Below are positions 63,341 to 64,000 of a stretch of DNA of 64,000 bases, in pieces. The notes beneath the pieces are model-generated. The model was not told the origin of the DNA, did no database searches, and worked only from the letters and a program-made list of their open reading frames with translations. The number at the start of each line of letters is the position of its first letter. The stretch's first letter is position 1. The translations under genes were made by a program, and so were the position numbers. Source of the DNA: Phoronis australis (Eukaryota; Animalia; Phoronida). The stretch is taken from contig NMRA01000022.1 in NCBI GenBank assembly GCA_002633005.1, positions 1,108,518 to 1,172,517 on the forward strand, read 5' to 3'.

Positions 63341-64000
63341 CTGATCAGCAGTGACACACAAAAATGCAAACAAAACCCTCCGTGCTACAATATTTTGCAA
63401 TTATATCATTATTCATCCCATTGAACATACCTTTTGAGACAAGATGAAACAAAATAGATTGTGGCACTATTCCCAATAATAAAAAGGAGATAAGAACTGA
63501 CGAGAGCATTATAAAAAGTCTGTTGCAGGTCATCAGTCTAAGGCTACATGCATAATGATAATACATTTTAAATAAAGACACTATGTGAATAAAGTTATTG
63601 AAATACTTTTAATATCGATTGTGAAACAGTAACGCGTATGAGATATGATTATTACCAATTGCACAAAAACTGTTAATATAACTGGGATTGTTAGGCCCTG
63701 AATGAACGTGAAACAAGTGGTATTTACAATTGATACATTCATTAAATACCACAATTCCACGGTTAATGCTAGGACTCATTAAACTTCAAACTGCGATCGA
63801 TGGCTGGTTAGTACTCAACCACGTTAAAAACATGGCGGTCGAAGCAAGAGGTGAAAAGCAAACAGGTATATTTGCACAAAGGGATGTCGACTTTATTGAT
63901 AACAAATTGAGCACAATAAAAACCAGTCAAGCACCATTAGCCTAACAAAGATTTACATTAACGCCGATACGGAGTAGTTATATACTGCGTGTTTAATAAC

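Overview
AT-rich, repeat-dense eukaryotic (animal-type) genomic DNA from a draft assembly, with one 48-N gap and four single Ns. No prokaryotic operons, rRNA or CRISPR array. The main feature is a minus-strand Epac (RAPGEF3/4-family, cAMP-activated Rap GEF) gene. I reconstructed 22 phase-consistent coding exons from 63340 down to the stop at 24838 (about 946 aa visible; DEP-CNBD-REM-RA-CDC25; 5' end probably outside the window). The gene contains a U12-type AT-AC intron (39022-39520) and a GC-AG intron (27377-27816). The rest is mostly MITEs, Kolobok-like TTAA elements, LINE remnants (two RNase H-bearing, two L2/CR1-like 3' ends), transposase relics and two N-joined haplotype duplications. The most unusual observations are: (1) an array of ~51-bp units at 9345-10090 in which an asymmetric GC-rich arm occurs in both orientations between palindromic CTATATTAATATAG cores; (2) a 39-bp repeat inside the U12 intron carrying branch-point-like and donor-like motifs; (3) roughly 20-fold excess of TACATGTA, with internal evidence that it arises by +6-bp insertion at TA (Tc1-type footprint); (4) an 82-bp array of CTCF-like motifs 3' of Epac. 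All coordinates were read by eye; no searches were run.
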